From the IMG/VR virus record IMGVR_UViG_3300025110_000002, positions 4,124-68,123 of that record: 64,000 bases of DNA, one strand, 5' to 3'. Source of the DNA: a virus. Made by a program: the position numbers and the translations under genes. The notes beneath the pieces are model-generated. The model was not told the origin of the DNA and ran no database searches. It was given only the letters and a program-made list of their open reading frames with translations. Of this stretch, positions 10,867-22,300 are shown one piece after another (within the stretch, counting starts at the first letter, position 1; the number at the start of each line of letters is the position of its first letter).

Positions 10867-11138
10867 CTAGATCTTTTTTCCGCAAATCCTCCGAAGGATT
10901 GCTGCTGTTTTGTAGGTTTATCCTCCATGATGTTTTTTTCATTCTCAATTCGAGATAAAATCTCGAAAGCATCAAATATAGCCAATTTTTTTGTTGCTGC
11001 AGCATTTTTTAATCTATCTGCAGCAAGATCTTCATCAGGATCTGCTGTTATAATTTGTTCTTCAGCAACTCTTATTAATTCCTTAACCGCTTTATAGCCA
11101 GCTTGGATTATATTCGACTTCAGTTCCTTTTCTTTCAT
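10863..11138 (-). CDS. Putative terminase small subunit
   Basis: 91-aa helical protein overlapping the terL start. The call rests on position only. Confidence 0.45.
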   Translation of the reverse strand: MKEKELKSNIIQAGYKAVKELIRVAEEQIITADPDEDLAADRLKNAAATKKLAIFDAFEILSRIENEKNIMEDKPTKQQQSFGGFAEKRSR

Positions 11139-11685
11139 ATTTAATTGATATTGAATTTATAGGTACACGATACAGTCTTTCTTTATCAATTATGAATTCA
11201 TATTCACTATTTGGAGTAAATCCAACTATATCTTTATTTTTTAAATTAAAAGCTTTTAAATCGCGCCCTAAGTACTTTAAAACGCCAATTAAAGGCTTTT
11301 CTTTAGCATCTGATAATAAACTATCATTTTTTAAAGGCTTTACAAAACAATAACCGTTAGGCGTGTGCCATTTTCCATTTCTTTTATATAAAAAAATTTG
11401 ATCTATATAAACAAAAAAATTATTATTATCAAAATAATTACTGCTATCTTTTGCTTGTCCCCTAACATTATAAAATCTTCTAAATGTATTGTGGTGGACT
11501 ATTACTATATCACCTTTTTTTAAAAGTGAATTATTTATAGGTGTTTCAGTAATAATTCCTTGTCTATTAATAAATTTATGATTTTCAATAGTTGTATTTA
11601 ATATTAATTCTTTTTCACCCACTTTTTTATTATTAGTATATCGCCCATTTAAAGGGGCAACCATATAAGCATGAAGATGTTTCAT
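11092..11685 (-). CDS. Tandem GroES-like fold protein
   Basis: Two repeats of a GroES-like pattern (YMVAPL...GII...LKKGDIVIV...DQIF and YCFVKPL...GVL...LKNKDIVGF...YEFIID...LYRVPINSI). Confidence 0.55.
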   Translation of the reverse strand: MKHLHAYMVAPLNGRYTNNKKVGEKELILNTTIENHKFINRQGIITETPINNSLLKKGDIVIVHHNTFRRFYNVRGQAKDSSNYFDNNNFFVYIDQIFLYKRNGKWHTPNGYCFVKPLKNDSLLSDAKEKPLIGVLKYLGRDLKAFNLKNKDIVGFTPNSEYEFIIDKERLYRVPINSISIKYERKGTEVEYNPSWL

Positions 11686-11903
11686 TAATATTCTAAATTA
11701 TATTCTATTGCTATAGCCATATTTTTATTAAAAGTTTTCCAAGGTAACACTTCTTTGTTTTTTTCAATATATATATTATAGTTTTCATCTTCTTCTAAGA
11801 TTTCAACTATTTTATGCCCTCCAAAAACTTCTTGTCCAATACTATAATGCATTGCATCATTTTTATAGTCTCTACCAATACTAATTTTTCTTATTAGTTT
11901 CAT
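11685..11903 (-). CDS. Hypothetical protein
   Basis: 72-aa ORF coupled to its neighbours. Confidence 0.6.
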   Translation of the reverse strand: MKLIRKISIGRDYKNDAMHYSIGQEVFGGHKIVEILEEDENYNIYIEKNKEVLPWKTFNKNMAIAIEYNLEY

Positions 11904-12132
11904 TGTTTTTTATTTTAGTATATTTTCCTGATTTAAAATCAATATCAATATCACCATATGTTTCTTTTAACTCCGCTTTAAATTCATTTAATTTTTGTCC
12001 AATAATATCGTATTGATGCAATAAAATATGTTTTTGAGTTTCAAGTTTACCTATTTGACTTTCTATTGTTTGAATTGTAGTTACTAAATTTTGTAGTTTA
12101 CTCAATTCTTCTGTTTTAATTTGATTTTTCAT
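11881..12132 (-). CDS. Coiled-coil hypothetical protein (possible fibre assembly chaperone)
   Basis: 83 aa with heptad repeats ending in YGDIDIDFKSG, following the adhesin gene. Confidence 0.55.
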   Translation of the reverse strand: MKNQIKTEELSKLQNLVTTIQTIESQIGKLETQKHILLHQYDIIGQKLNEFKAELKETYGDIDIDFKSGKYTKIKNNETNKKN

Positions 12133-12163
12133 TATATAAAATTTAAGTTATTAAAATATAGTT

Positions 12164-12180
12164 AATTATTACGTATTTAA
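12164..12180 (-). promoter_or_regulatory. Putative late promoter motif TTAAATACGTAATAATT
   Basis: Intergenic and similar to motifs at 32305-32321 (-) and 39830-39846 (+). Confidence 0.45.
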
Positions 12181-12184
12181 TACG

Positions 12185-15100
12185 TTATGCAAATGCCATA
12201 TATATATATTTAACACCATTTTCATTTAACATTGCATCAGCAGTATTTTGATGCGGAAATGAAAAGCTTGTGGGTGATGTTGTAAATGTATTTAATGCAC
12301 TATCGCCTTCAGCATTAGTTCTGTTTGGGTTTATAACTTTTTCGCTACCTCTTGCCGCATCAAGAATAGCCCAATGTTCATCATAAGATCCTTCAAATGC
12401 CTTAATCATTATAAATCTAGGTTGAAACCCAGTGTAAATAGTAACTCCCGCTGTTTTGCCGGTGTACTCGCCTATTTTGCTATAACCCAAGATCGATGTC
12501 CAACAGTATGCTATGTATTGTCCACCACTTGTATTTATTTCAGCATAATTTCCAATTGAAAAAACTGTTGAAGTTGGAGCTGTATCATTCCAAACATTAC
12601 TAACAGTATAAGCTCGGTCATCAACGTTCATTATCAGATATTTTGTTGCGCCAAGAGAACTATGATAAACAAGCCAATCCCCTGTGGAATCCAGTCTTTT
12701 TGTTATTATTAAGTTCGGCGCGGCTGAAAGACCGTGAGAAATTGTTGCTCCTGAAGTAGCATTTCCAGTATATTTTACTATTGAGAAACCTGCTTTTTCA
12801 TTTACTGAAACTAGACTATGTGTAAGAGCTGTAAAGAATTGTGGTCTTGTTGCATCATAATTAGCTTTTATTTGTGCACGTGTTAATGCGCTTGTATAAG
12901 ATCTAAATTGTGCAATTTCCCCTTGAAAACTTGCTACTGTACTGCCTCTAAAAGAACCAAGTGATCCACCATAAGCTGAATTATTAACTTTTGTATCTGA
13001 AAAAGTTTTACTAATAGCTAATTTACCATTTATATATATTGTTTTTGTACCACCTGAAATAGTATAAGCAACGTGAACCCATTCGTTTTCATGTAATATT
13101 AAATTATCAGCAGGTGTTGAAAGTCCATCACCATTATTAAGACCGTTAGTGCTAGAGTTGCCCGCTCTTTCTTGATATTGTAATGTACCATCTGGGCGTA
13201 CGGCTATAGTTTCATAATATTGGTTAGCACTCATATCTCCACAATAGAAAAGAGTATCTTTATCACCACTTCCTGGATAATCATCTACTTTAACCCAAAA
13301 TTCTCTTGTCACATCTTGCGTTGCTGTTCTACCTAAACCTATAGGCAAAGTTACATAATCTCCTGTACCATCATACTTAAGACTTGTACCCCAAGAATTA
13401 CTTTCATTTATGGTTGTATTGACTAAAGAACCCAAAGATAAATTATTAGATGTTTGATCTTTAATTCTATGGCTTGTTGTGTTATCTTCCTCAAATGTAA
13501 CATTAGATGCAGTTCCATCGAAATTTGTTGATACATCATCAACAGCTGTTCCGCTATCACTATTAAAATTATATAAAGCAATACAATTACTGATACCAGT
13601 AGGATTTAATGTACCAGTAGTAGAGGAAGTTTCATTGTATAAAATTTTTGCTTGGTCCGCTGTAAGAACTGATGAAAACATTCTTAAAGTATCTATACTA
13701 CCGTCAAAAAATGGGCCAGATGTACTTCTAAAAGATCCTATTACAGTTGTAGAATTATTTACAGAACTCCCGGTTGTTGACATTGCTACATTTGAATCAA
13801 TAGCTACACCATTTAAAAAAGTAGATAATTGTCTACCTGTTGCGTCGTAAGACCATACAACATGATACCAAACATCAGGGAGAATTGTAACATTGTTAAG
13901 ACCGCTTGTACCTGCCAGGTAATAAGTACCTCCAACTTGTCTTAAAGCAAATAGTTTAAATGTGTTAGATGACACGTAACTTAAAGTAGCTCTAAAAGGT
14001 GCTTCTGATAGTGCGGTTGTAACTCCTGTTCCTGTAATATGCATATGAGAACTAACTCCAGAATCTAACCTTACCCAAGCTGAAATTGCTGTGTCTGTGT
14101 CTGTATTTGGAATTGGACTGCCTATTGCTATTAAGCTACTACTACCATTAAATACTGCAACTTTATTTGTTATACCAAAACTATTTGGATCATATGAACT
14201 AAATGAATCTACATCTATGTTATTAAGTAAACCTGTTTGTAATACATTACCTGTTGTACCAACACCTTGATATAATGTTCTTGTAGCATCATAGTTAGCT
14301 CTAATTTGTGATTGTGTTAATTCTGCTGTATATATACGCACCTGCCCAACTGCTCCTTTATAATAATATCCGTTATAAGCATCATCAGCCCAAGTTCCTA
14401 TATGAAAATCATTTGGGAATGTACCCCTGTTAGTAGCGGCTGAAGAATCAATTAATATACCATCTAAATATAGACTCTTAGCGCTTGAAGTCATTGTCAT
14501 AACTGCATGATGCCACTTGTTATCTCTTATATCATATCCAACTCCATAAGATCCAGATCCTTGCGATATATAAAGTAAACCTGTCGAAGGTTTTACCCCT
14601 ATATCCATACCCGCATCACCATAACTACCACCAAATCCGCATATTATGCCCTCACCAGATTGGCTAGAACTACATTTAAACCAAACCTCCATGCTAACAC
14701 TTTGTCCATCATCAACATCATCTTTTATTGTAGTACATTCTATAAAATCATTAGAGCCATCTAAATCAAAATAATTACCGTTTTCTTTATCTACCCATGA
14801 AGGACTATTATTTAATGTAGCATCATTGTCATTAGATGTAAGATCATAAACAGTAGTTCCTGATCCTGAATAAGTATTAGAATCAGCAAAGTTATAATGC
14901 AATGCTAAATTAGATGTTAATATTCCAGATGAAGTATATGTTGGTTTTTTAGTTACTTGAGTATCACCTGCTTTCCAATTCCAAGAAATATAATTATGAG
15001 AACTATTATTAATATAGTTTTCAGACCCACTAATAGTAAATCCGTCTGCATCAAAAGAATTTATATAAGCAGAATCCCATTGAGCTGAATTACTATCACT

Positions 15101-18100
15101 TTGTAAAACTCTTGCCGAACTTCCATTAAATCCTCTAACACTATCAACTAAACTATGCGTTCTTGCGTCTGATAAAGCTTTAAACCACGTAAGTCCTGGT
15201 GAAAAATTTAACTCAATTTTTTGTTTTGCATTAGTACCAGTGTATCTAGCAATTTGAAAATGGTTTGCAGGATATTCAGTTGAACCTGTACCTTTTTCTA
15301 AAAACTTTTCTACATCCCTTAATTCTTGCCCAAAACCTTGTGAATATTTAGCTGGGTCTTCTGCAATTGCCATATAAATATAAGTGCCACCACTAGCATT
15401 ATAACTAGTATCACTGTTTACTATTTGAAAACCGTTACTTAAAAAATTAACAGCATTGTAATCTCCCTCTGTATTTGTTAAATTAGGATATAATTCTCCA
15501 CTTAAAATATTAGTTTCTGATCTTTTATTATCTAATATTCTCCAGTTAGCACTTGAATCTGCTCTTTTTATCATAAGAAAAGCAGGTTTAAACCCTGTAT
15601 AAACTACGGGACCAACCGATGAGCCATTGCCTCTGTACGAATATATTTTGCTATAACCATCAACATTTCTCCAACAATAAGCCACGTATCTTAAATTATT
15701 ATCATTACCAATTCCTGATGTCCCAAAAGTTAAAAGGTTTGCATCAGGAGCAGCAGAAAATCCTGTTCCAACAGAATCTGTTTGCTGATCACCTGTATTT
15801 AAAGTTAAATAATAATCAAAATCTGTTAAGCCTTGATGAAACCAAACCATCCAAGCTGCAGGGTTTGCATCACGTTTTTTCACCATTACCATAGCAGGAG
15901 CAGCTGAAAGCCCGTGTCGAATTTTCATTCCACTTGAACCTGTTCCTTCATATTTTAAAATTGAAAATCCTGCATCATCATTTACACTTGCTATTACGCT
16001 ATTATTTGATCCTGATCCTGTTAATGTTTCTTCACTACCACTTGCCTTCCAACACCACGCTACATAATTTTCTGCAGCATTAAGTGCGGTTCCATTACCA
16101 ACTTTAAATCCATCTTCTTCAAAGCCCAACAAACCATACTGGCCTGAATAATCTGTTTCAGCAGCATTTGTGTTAGGGTGTAGCCATAGATTTTCACCTC
16201 TTATAGAATCAAAAATAGCATGGTTCTCTGTATCGTCCCGATCCTTTATCCATACTAAATCCGGTTGAAATCCAACACCTGTTATTGATTTTGTGGTACC
16301 ACCATTACCATTATATAAAACCGTACTAAAATAATCACTTGGTTTTTTCTTATTTACTGGATCTACATTATTAGCGGTTGGTATATTATCACTTGAAAGT
16401 GCTAAATAACCCGAAGGTGGAGTATGTGCAAAACCTCTAGCTCCAAAATTAAAAGTAGCATTATCATGAGTGCTACTCCATTTAGAATAAAAAACAACAT
16501 ATTCATCAGCTGTTAAAGTAACAGCGCTACCTAAAGCACTACCATTTTTATAAATTTGTACAGCACCTGTATCTGCATTTAAAGCAATACCCAGCACATC
16601 ATTAAGAGCAAATACAGAACCTCCATTAATATTTGAAGTACCGTAATGGGGACTAGTACCACTAGAAATAATCCCAAAAGAGCCACTACCAAATACAACT
16701 ATAACATTGTTATATGTACTATAGGGACTATCATCCCAATCACCTACCGCCTCTGCTTTTTGCCAACCAGCCATAAAGTAAGCAGAATTAGCTGTTGCCC
16801 CAGAAGTATTTACTGATGTTATTTTAACTTCATAATACCATTTACCACTACTAACTGCTCTAGTTCCTACACCACCTCTCCAACCACTAACAGTATGGGT
16901 TAAAGCATGTCCTCCATCAGATAATGTAACAGAAGTACTTTTAGCGTTTTCCGATAGTGTAGCATAGCTTACATTTGATTTGTCTCCTGTATGATCTGCA
17001 CCAGTAAGATTAGTACCATTTGCAATACCACCTTTGGCATTACCAGATATATCTGCTAAGCTAAGAACACCATAATGTCCTTGTGTAGCTCTAAAGTTTT
17101 GTACAACTTCTTGTGCAGTTAAAGCTTTATCATAACATCTTATTTGAGCTATATCACCTGCCCAACCATTATTACTATACCCACTTCCATACATTCCAAT
17201 AGAGGTTTCATTAACTGTTGTTTGAGAATTAACAGTATTTAAATTATATGAAGAGCCTATTTGTGAACCATTTATATAAATAGTGGCATTATTTGTTGAC
17301 GCATCGTAAACAATAGTTTGATGATACCAAGTATCAACGGCATAAGTATATAAACCAGCAGATGTACCATAAACAGATGCATAACGCTGAGTATTATTAT
17401 AATATCTTTCTAAACTTGTAGTAATTCCACTACCTGTTCCATACATATTTATAGCAATTGCCCCTCTATAGCCATTACTCGCGGTAGAACCTACTGGGGA
17501 TCTAAAACCACTTGTCCAAGTACTATCAAGTCTTAACCAACAACTCCAAGTTATATCTGTATCTGATGAATTATTAAATATTGAATCATTAATTTTAACA
17601 TAATGACTACTCCCATTAAAACTAAAACAGCCCCCATTATCAGTAGAATATGTAGCGCCTGAAACTGTTCCATTATTGCTATTTCCACTTTTATCACTCC
17701 AGGCTGTTCCACTAAAACTTGTTTCATCTGTGCCATCTGCATCCCAATCCCCTGCATCTAAATGTAATTTTAAATCAGAACCTGGTGTAATTACTGACCC
17801 TGTATCAGTATTATTTAAATTAAAATGCCAACCATTAAGACCATAAAAATATTTATGTTTTGTAGCATTATAATTTTGTAAAACATTAGCAGCTGTAAGT
17901 GCAGAAGTATAGATTTGTACCTCCCCAAATTTAGAAGTATCTGTATATCCGGTTTGATGATCCCAATCACCAATATAAAGAGTATTACTTGTATCTAACC
18001 AATTTCCTGTACCCCCGGAGCCAGTATTATTAAAATGATAGAAATCTCCTCCATTAATGTAGATTTTTGTTTTATCTGCTTCCGCACTTTGTGAGCTATC

Positions 18101-19330
18101 AAAAACGATTGTAACCTGCGTCCAAATGTTCATTTTAATCGCATCAGGTGCGGTTTTTCTATACCAAGTACCGCTGCTACCAGCACTCACTCCTATTTCT
18201 AATGAATGATCTGCGTTTCTTGACATGTTAAAATTAGGTGAACCGGTAGTGTAATTAGAAAATACTATTTTATAGCCACCTCCCGTAGCTGCTGTTGGCA
18301 TATACCAAAAACTAAGGGTGAGTGCAGTACCTGCAAATTGATTTGAAGCCCCAAGAGATATTCTACTAGCACTTCCACCAGTAAAAGTTGCAACACCATA
18401 ATTATTTTGTTTAAAAGTAACATTAGATGCTGTGCCGTTATAAGTTGTACTACTTCCTGATGTATCATTAGAATTTCCTTGAAATTGATAATCCGCAACA
18501 AGATTAGTAGTAATTAAAGTGTCAGAACTTTGTTTATTTACTGCTTTTGGTACCCATATACCGTGAACTAATTCGCCAAATTCATTAGGAAGTAGTGCAC
18601 TTCCATCTACAAATATAAAATTACCATATGTAGCATCAGCACCGTAACCAGGACTAAATGCCCAATCATTAATTCTTTGATTAGTACCAAACTGAAAAGC
18701 TTGATTATCAGTTAAATTACCTACACTTTCCCAGTGCAGTGGTATGCCGTTCGCATAGGCTTTTATTTTTTCTCTATCCATTAGAATACTACTGTCTAAA
18801 GAAATAACAAAATTATACCACCCTGCTTTATCTATAAATGTGGCTTGTGAAGTAAAGTATACTCCATCAATCCTAATATATAATTTATGGTTAGTACCGG
18901 AGGAATGTAAAAGTATTGCAACTAGGCTATTTGAGGAGGAAGTTCCTGATGTATATAAATACCTGTTTGAAGAAGTAGTTTTATGTATTTTAACCCAAAG
19001 GCTAAAAGTGCCTTTTGTATTTGTAAACACCGGAGCTGTAGTTAAACCAGGTTCAAGTACTTTAACACTGTTATGGTTAGATGTTATTCCATCCATGTGC
19101 AACGATTCCCCTAACCATCCTGTCTCTTCCGTGGTGGGATTTATTTGAAATAATGTTTGTCCTCTAAGTTCTGACATAGATCTACCCGATACGGTATCAC
19201 CATCACCAACAGCGGTAAATTTTACAGTATTGTTATCCCCTAAAGATACATTCGATTCGTTTGAATCTGCCTGTAACGTTGCATTTACGTCATCATTTAA
19301 ACTTATTTGACCGGAATTAGGAATTGGCAT
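12185..19330 (-). CDS. Giant receptor-binding adhesin with multiple LamG/concanavalin A-like domains, a SPRY domain and two copies of a YTGNG/GFQP beta-module
   Basis: 2381 aa. Repeated WYH/WHH-V...YING...G-I-Q-R-Y...LT...NY LamG signatures and the SPRY motif SGKWYYEV. N-terminus is MPIPNSGQISL, and it overlaps the fibre gene stop. Confidence 0.8.
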   Translation of the reverse strand: MPIPNSGQISLNDDVNATLQADSNESNVSLGDNNTVKFTAVGDGDTVSGRSMSELRGQTLFQINPTTEETGWLGESLHMDGITSNHNSVKVLEPGLTTAPVFTNTKGTFSLWVKIHKTTSSNRYLYTSGTSSSNSLVAILLHSSGTNHKLYIRIDGVYFTSQATFIDKAGWYNFVISLDSSILMDREKIKAYANGIPLHWESVGNLTDNQAFQFGTNQRINDWAFSPGYGADATYGNFIFVDGSALLPNEFGELVHGIWVPKAVNKQSSDTLITTNLVADYQFQGNSNDTSGSSTTYNGTASNVTFKQNNYGVATFTGGSASRISLGASNQFAGTALTLSFWYMPTAATGGGYKIVFSNYTTGSPNFNMSRNADHSLEIGVSAGSSGTWYRKTAPDAIKMNIWTQVTIVFDSSQSAEADKTKIYINGGDFYHFNNTGSGGTGNWLDTSNTLYIGDWDHQTGYTDTSKFGEVQIYTSALTAANVLQNYNATKHKYFYGLNGWHFNLNNTDTGSVITPGSDLKLHLDAGDWDADGTDETSFSGTAWSDKSGNSNNGTVSGATYSTDNGGCFSFNGSSHYVKINDSIFNNSSDTDITWSCWLRLDSTWTSGFRSPVGSTASNGYRGAIAINMYGTGSGITTSLERYYNNTQRYASVYGTSAGLYTYAVDTWYHQTIVYDASTNNATIYINGSQIGSSYNLNTVNSQTTVNETSIGMYGSGYSNNGWAGDIAQIRCYDKALTAQEVVQNFRATQGHYGVLSLADISGNAKGGIANGTNLTGADHTGDKSNVSYATLSENAKSTSVTLSDGGHALTHTVSGWRGGVGTRAVSSGKWYYEVKITSVNTSGATANSAYFMAGWQKAEAVGDWDDSPYSTYNNVIVVFGSGSFGIISSGTSPHYGTSNINGGSVFALNDVLGIALNADTGAVQIYKNGSALGSAVTLTADEYVVFYSKWSSTHDNATFNFGARGFAHTPPSGYLALSSDNIPTANNVDPVNKKKPSDYFSTVLYNGNGGTTKSITGVGFQPDLVWIKDRDDTENHAIFDSIRGENLWLHPNTNAAETDYSGQYGLLGFEEDGFKVGNGTALNAAENYVAWCWKASGSEETLTGSGSNNSVIASVNDDAGFSILKYEGTGSSGMKIRHGLSAAPAMVMVKKRDANPAAWMVWFHQGLTDFDYYLTLNTGDQQTDSVGTGFSAAPDANLLTFGTSGIGNDNNLRYVAYCWRNVDGYSKIYSYRGNGSSVGPVVYTGFKPAFLMIKRADSSANWRILDNKRSETNILSGELYPNLTNTEGDYNAVNFLSNGFQIVNSDTSYNASGGTYIYMAIAEDPAKYSQGFGQELRDVEKFLEKGTGSTEYPANHFQIARYTGTNAKQKIELNFSPGLTWFKALSDARTHSLVDSVRGFNGSSARVLQSDSNSAQWDSAYINSFDADGFTISGSENYINNSSHNYISWNWKAGDTQVTKKPTYTSSGILTSNLALHYNFADSNTYSGSGTTVYDLTSNDNDATLNNSPSWVDKENGNYFDLDGSNDFIECTTIKDDVDDGQSVSMEVWFKCSSSQSGEGIICGFGGSYGDAGMDIGVKPSTGLLYISQGSGSYGVGYDIRDNKWHHAVMTMTSSAKSLYLDGILIDSSAATNRGTFPNDFHIGTWADDAYNGYYYKGAVGQVRIYTAELTQSQIRANYDATRTLYQGVGTTGNVLQTGLLNNIDVDSFSSYDPNSFGITNKVAVFNGSSSLIAIGSPIPNTDTDTAISAWVRLDSGVSSHMHITGTGVTTALSEAPFRATLSYVSSNTFKLFALRQVGGTYYLAGTSGLNNVTILPDVWYHVVWSYDATGRQLSTFLNGVAIDSNVAMSTTGSSVNNSTTVIGSFRSTSGPFFDGSIDTLRMFSSVLTADQAKILYNETSSTTGTLNPTGISNCIALYNFNSDSGTAVDDVSTNFDGTASNVTFEEDNTTSHRIKDQTSNNLSLGSLVNTTINESNSWGTSLKYDGTGDYVTLPIGLGRTATQDVTREFWVKVDDYPGSGDKDTLFYCGDMSANQYYETIAVRPDGTLQYQERAGNSSTNGLNNGDGLSTPADNLILHENEWVHVAYTISGGTKTIYINGKLAISKTFSDTKVNNSAYGGSLGSFRGSTVASFQGEIAQFRSYTSALTRAQIKANYDATRPQFFTALTHSLVSVNEKAGFSIVKYTGNATSGATISHGLSAAPNLIITKRLDSTGDWLVYHSSLGATKYLIMNVDDRAYTVSNVWNDTAPTSTVFSIGNYAEINTSGGQYIAYCWTSILGYSKIGEYTGKTAGVTIYTGFQPRFIMIKAFEGSYDEHWAILDAARGSEKVINPNRTNAEGDSALNTFTTSPTSFSFPHQNTADAMLNENGVKYIYMAFA

Positions 19331-22300
19331 CTTTCATCTGTTTTTCAAGGTTATTAACTTTTTGTGTAAGTTCTTTTACAGCTTCAATTAAAACTGCATT
19401 TAACTTTTCATAATCCACTGTCTTAACTTTTTTACCACCTAATAATTCTTTTTCATAAACTATATGTGGTATTACTTCTTCTACTTCTTGTGCTACAACA
19501 CCTAAATCGTGTTTCCCTTTTCTACTTCCATCATTCCAATCATATTCAACACCTCTTAACTTATTAACTGTTTCAAGTGCATTTGGTATTGTTTCTATGT
19601 TGTCTTTAAGAGAAACATCTGAAACCCCTGTTGAAAATGCTACTACATCGCCGTCAACTAATAAATCTTTATTTGTAGAATCAATTTCCATTACAACTGT
19701 AGCACTACTACTACCAAACGCCCACTGATGTTTAGTTGATGTAGATGCATAATAGTTATTACTATCATAACCTATTTGTTGTATATCAGCCCTACAATCG
19801 GCATCCACATCTAATGTATTTGAAGTAAGAGTTAATCCCTTACCAGCTATAATATTTGTGGCTGTAATAAAGTTAGCTTTAGTAATTGTTTTGTGAGCGC
19901 TTGCTGTAGCATCATAGAATAATATTTCATCTGCGTCGGCTATAGTTGTTTCAACAGTTAAATCATTTATTGCAAGGCCAATATTACCAGTTTCTGTAAT
20001 TGTACCACTTAAACCCGTAGAAGTACCAACAGATCTAACACCAGCACCTACATATATAGTACCGCCCATACCTGAATGAGAAGAACAGTAATAATACAAT
20101 GTCTTAGGTGTATCTTGTTCAACTGTAATTTCTGTAACTCCTGATACAGAAGTGTCTACACCTGTAGCATAAGCACTTCCAGAATTATGTGTTCCATCAC
20201 TTGTAGTGGAAAATCTAAAAGGGTGACCAGTAGGGTGTGTAAATCTATATTTAAATCCAGGCATTAAAGTTACATCAGCTTGTTGCGTGCCGTCTATAAA
20301 ATATTTATTAGAACCACCTACGTTTTGAACTGTAACTGCTATATCATTTCTAAAATATTTAAGTGATATTTCGTCTGCTGCTTTTCTTGATTCAGTTGCA
20401 CTATTTTGTAATATAAATTCTGTTGTTCCAGATATATCAGCAGTCATATCGGTTAATTCAGAAAAATCTAAAGCAAATGTTATTGTTTCATTTGAACTTT
20501 GATCTGTTGTAAATGCATCACCACCTGATAATCCAGTACCTGCTGTAAGTGTTATTGTGGCATTATTTGCTGCTGAAGGTATTGTAGGGGTGCCTGTAAA
20601 GTTTCCATAAGCTAAATAATATGAACCTTCTTGACCATCTAAAGTATCAGAGTCAATACCGTTACCCGTACCCTCATCTGCTGTTGTAAGTATTTTTACT
20701 TCTGCTCCAGCTAAACCAGCATACCATCTGTCTTGTGATTCATTCCATATCAGTGATGCATCATCGCCAGTACTTCCTCTTTCCACATGAATACCCCCAT
20801 CTGTTCCAGTTGAAGCATTTTTATTAAGTAATATAATATTATCATTAATAGTAACTGTTTCTGTATTTACACTGGTTGTAGTACCACTAACTGTTAAATC
20901 ACCTGTTACAGTCAAATTACCTGATGTAGTTATAGTAACATCCGTAGCATCACCTATCGTTAAACTTTCTGTTATTTGTGGTAACCTAGCTGTCAAGTTA
21001 GCAACATTAACATCAACATCTGAATTAGTTGTAAAGCTAAGATTACTTTGTAAATACGATTGAAGAACACTAACAGCCATTTTCTTAACAACCCCATCAT
21101 CACTTATTGCAAATTCATCACTACTAGCTAAACCAGATGTTAATGCTGCTTGACCTGAAATAATATCATCACTTAACATTGCATGATGAACCGTACCAGC
21201 ACCTATAGTTGTAGTAATATTCGTTGTGCCACTACCGGATACATCACCTGAGAGTGTAATGCTCTGATTACCAGTTATATAGTTTAATCCTGTTACAAAA
21301 GTATGTATTTGGTCTGCAGTAGCTAAATTAGTGCCTCCATCGGCTATAGCACCTGTATTTATAGCGGTTGATGTGATACCTGTTACATGTCCGTTACTAT
21401 CTACGGTTAAATCTTGAATATATGTAAGACCTGAATTATCAGCCGAAGATGCTGCAGAAATATTTGGATGAGCTGAAGCTAATGTAAAGTTAGGATATGT
21501 ACCCGTAATAGTCATATTACCTCCATTACTAAATGCAACTGTTTGATCGTATTTATTGGTACTGCCTTGTGCTATATTATCAGTTGTTATAGTTGCATTT
21601 TCAAATACACCTGTACTGCTATTATATTTTAACAATTGATTATTAGAAGCACTTGAAACAGTAACATCTGATAAATCACTAAGTTGTGCAGCAGCAGCAG
21701 CGCCCCCCAAAGCTATAGCAGAAACACTTCTATGTATTCCACCTGTTAAAAATTTTGCTTCAGTTGCAGACGATAAGTTTGTAGCATTACCTCTTACTAT
21801 AAGAGCACCTAAATAGATAGCCTGATCTGTTGTATTACTTGACTCTGTAAAACTTTCAAGCTGATATTGTTCTTCTGCTACAGAAAGAGATATATATTCT
21901 TCTTTACCATAATAAGCAACAATAGTATTTATTTCATTTGGAAAATAATATAATCTTTGTACAGAAAATTTAGTTGCTGTCATAGAGGCAAGTGTTCCTG
22001 AACTGTCATCATATTTAGTAGGATCAATAGCTGTATAACCAGCACCATCATTTGTATCTAGTGTATGTCCTGTAGAACTATCTGCATAATATCTATGTAT
22101 AACTGCGTCTGTTTTTGCAGCATCTGAAACAAGAGATGGATTATTAGGATCTGAAGCGTAGTTTCTACCAAATGCCCATGCAACCCCCGCTGCTCTATTA
22201 AGTTTTAAATTAGATCCATTTGCAGTAACTTTATGACCAGATTTTTTCATCGGCCCAAAAATTCTTGAAAATTCTTGTAATTGAGGAATTGCTCCATATG

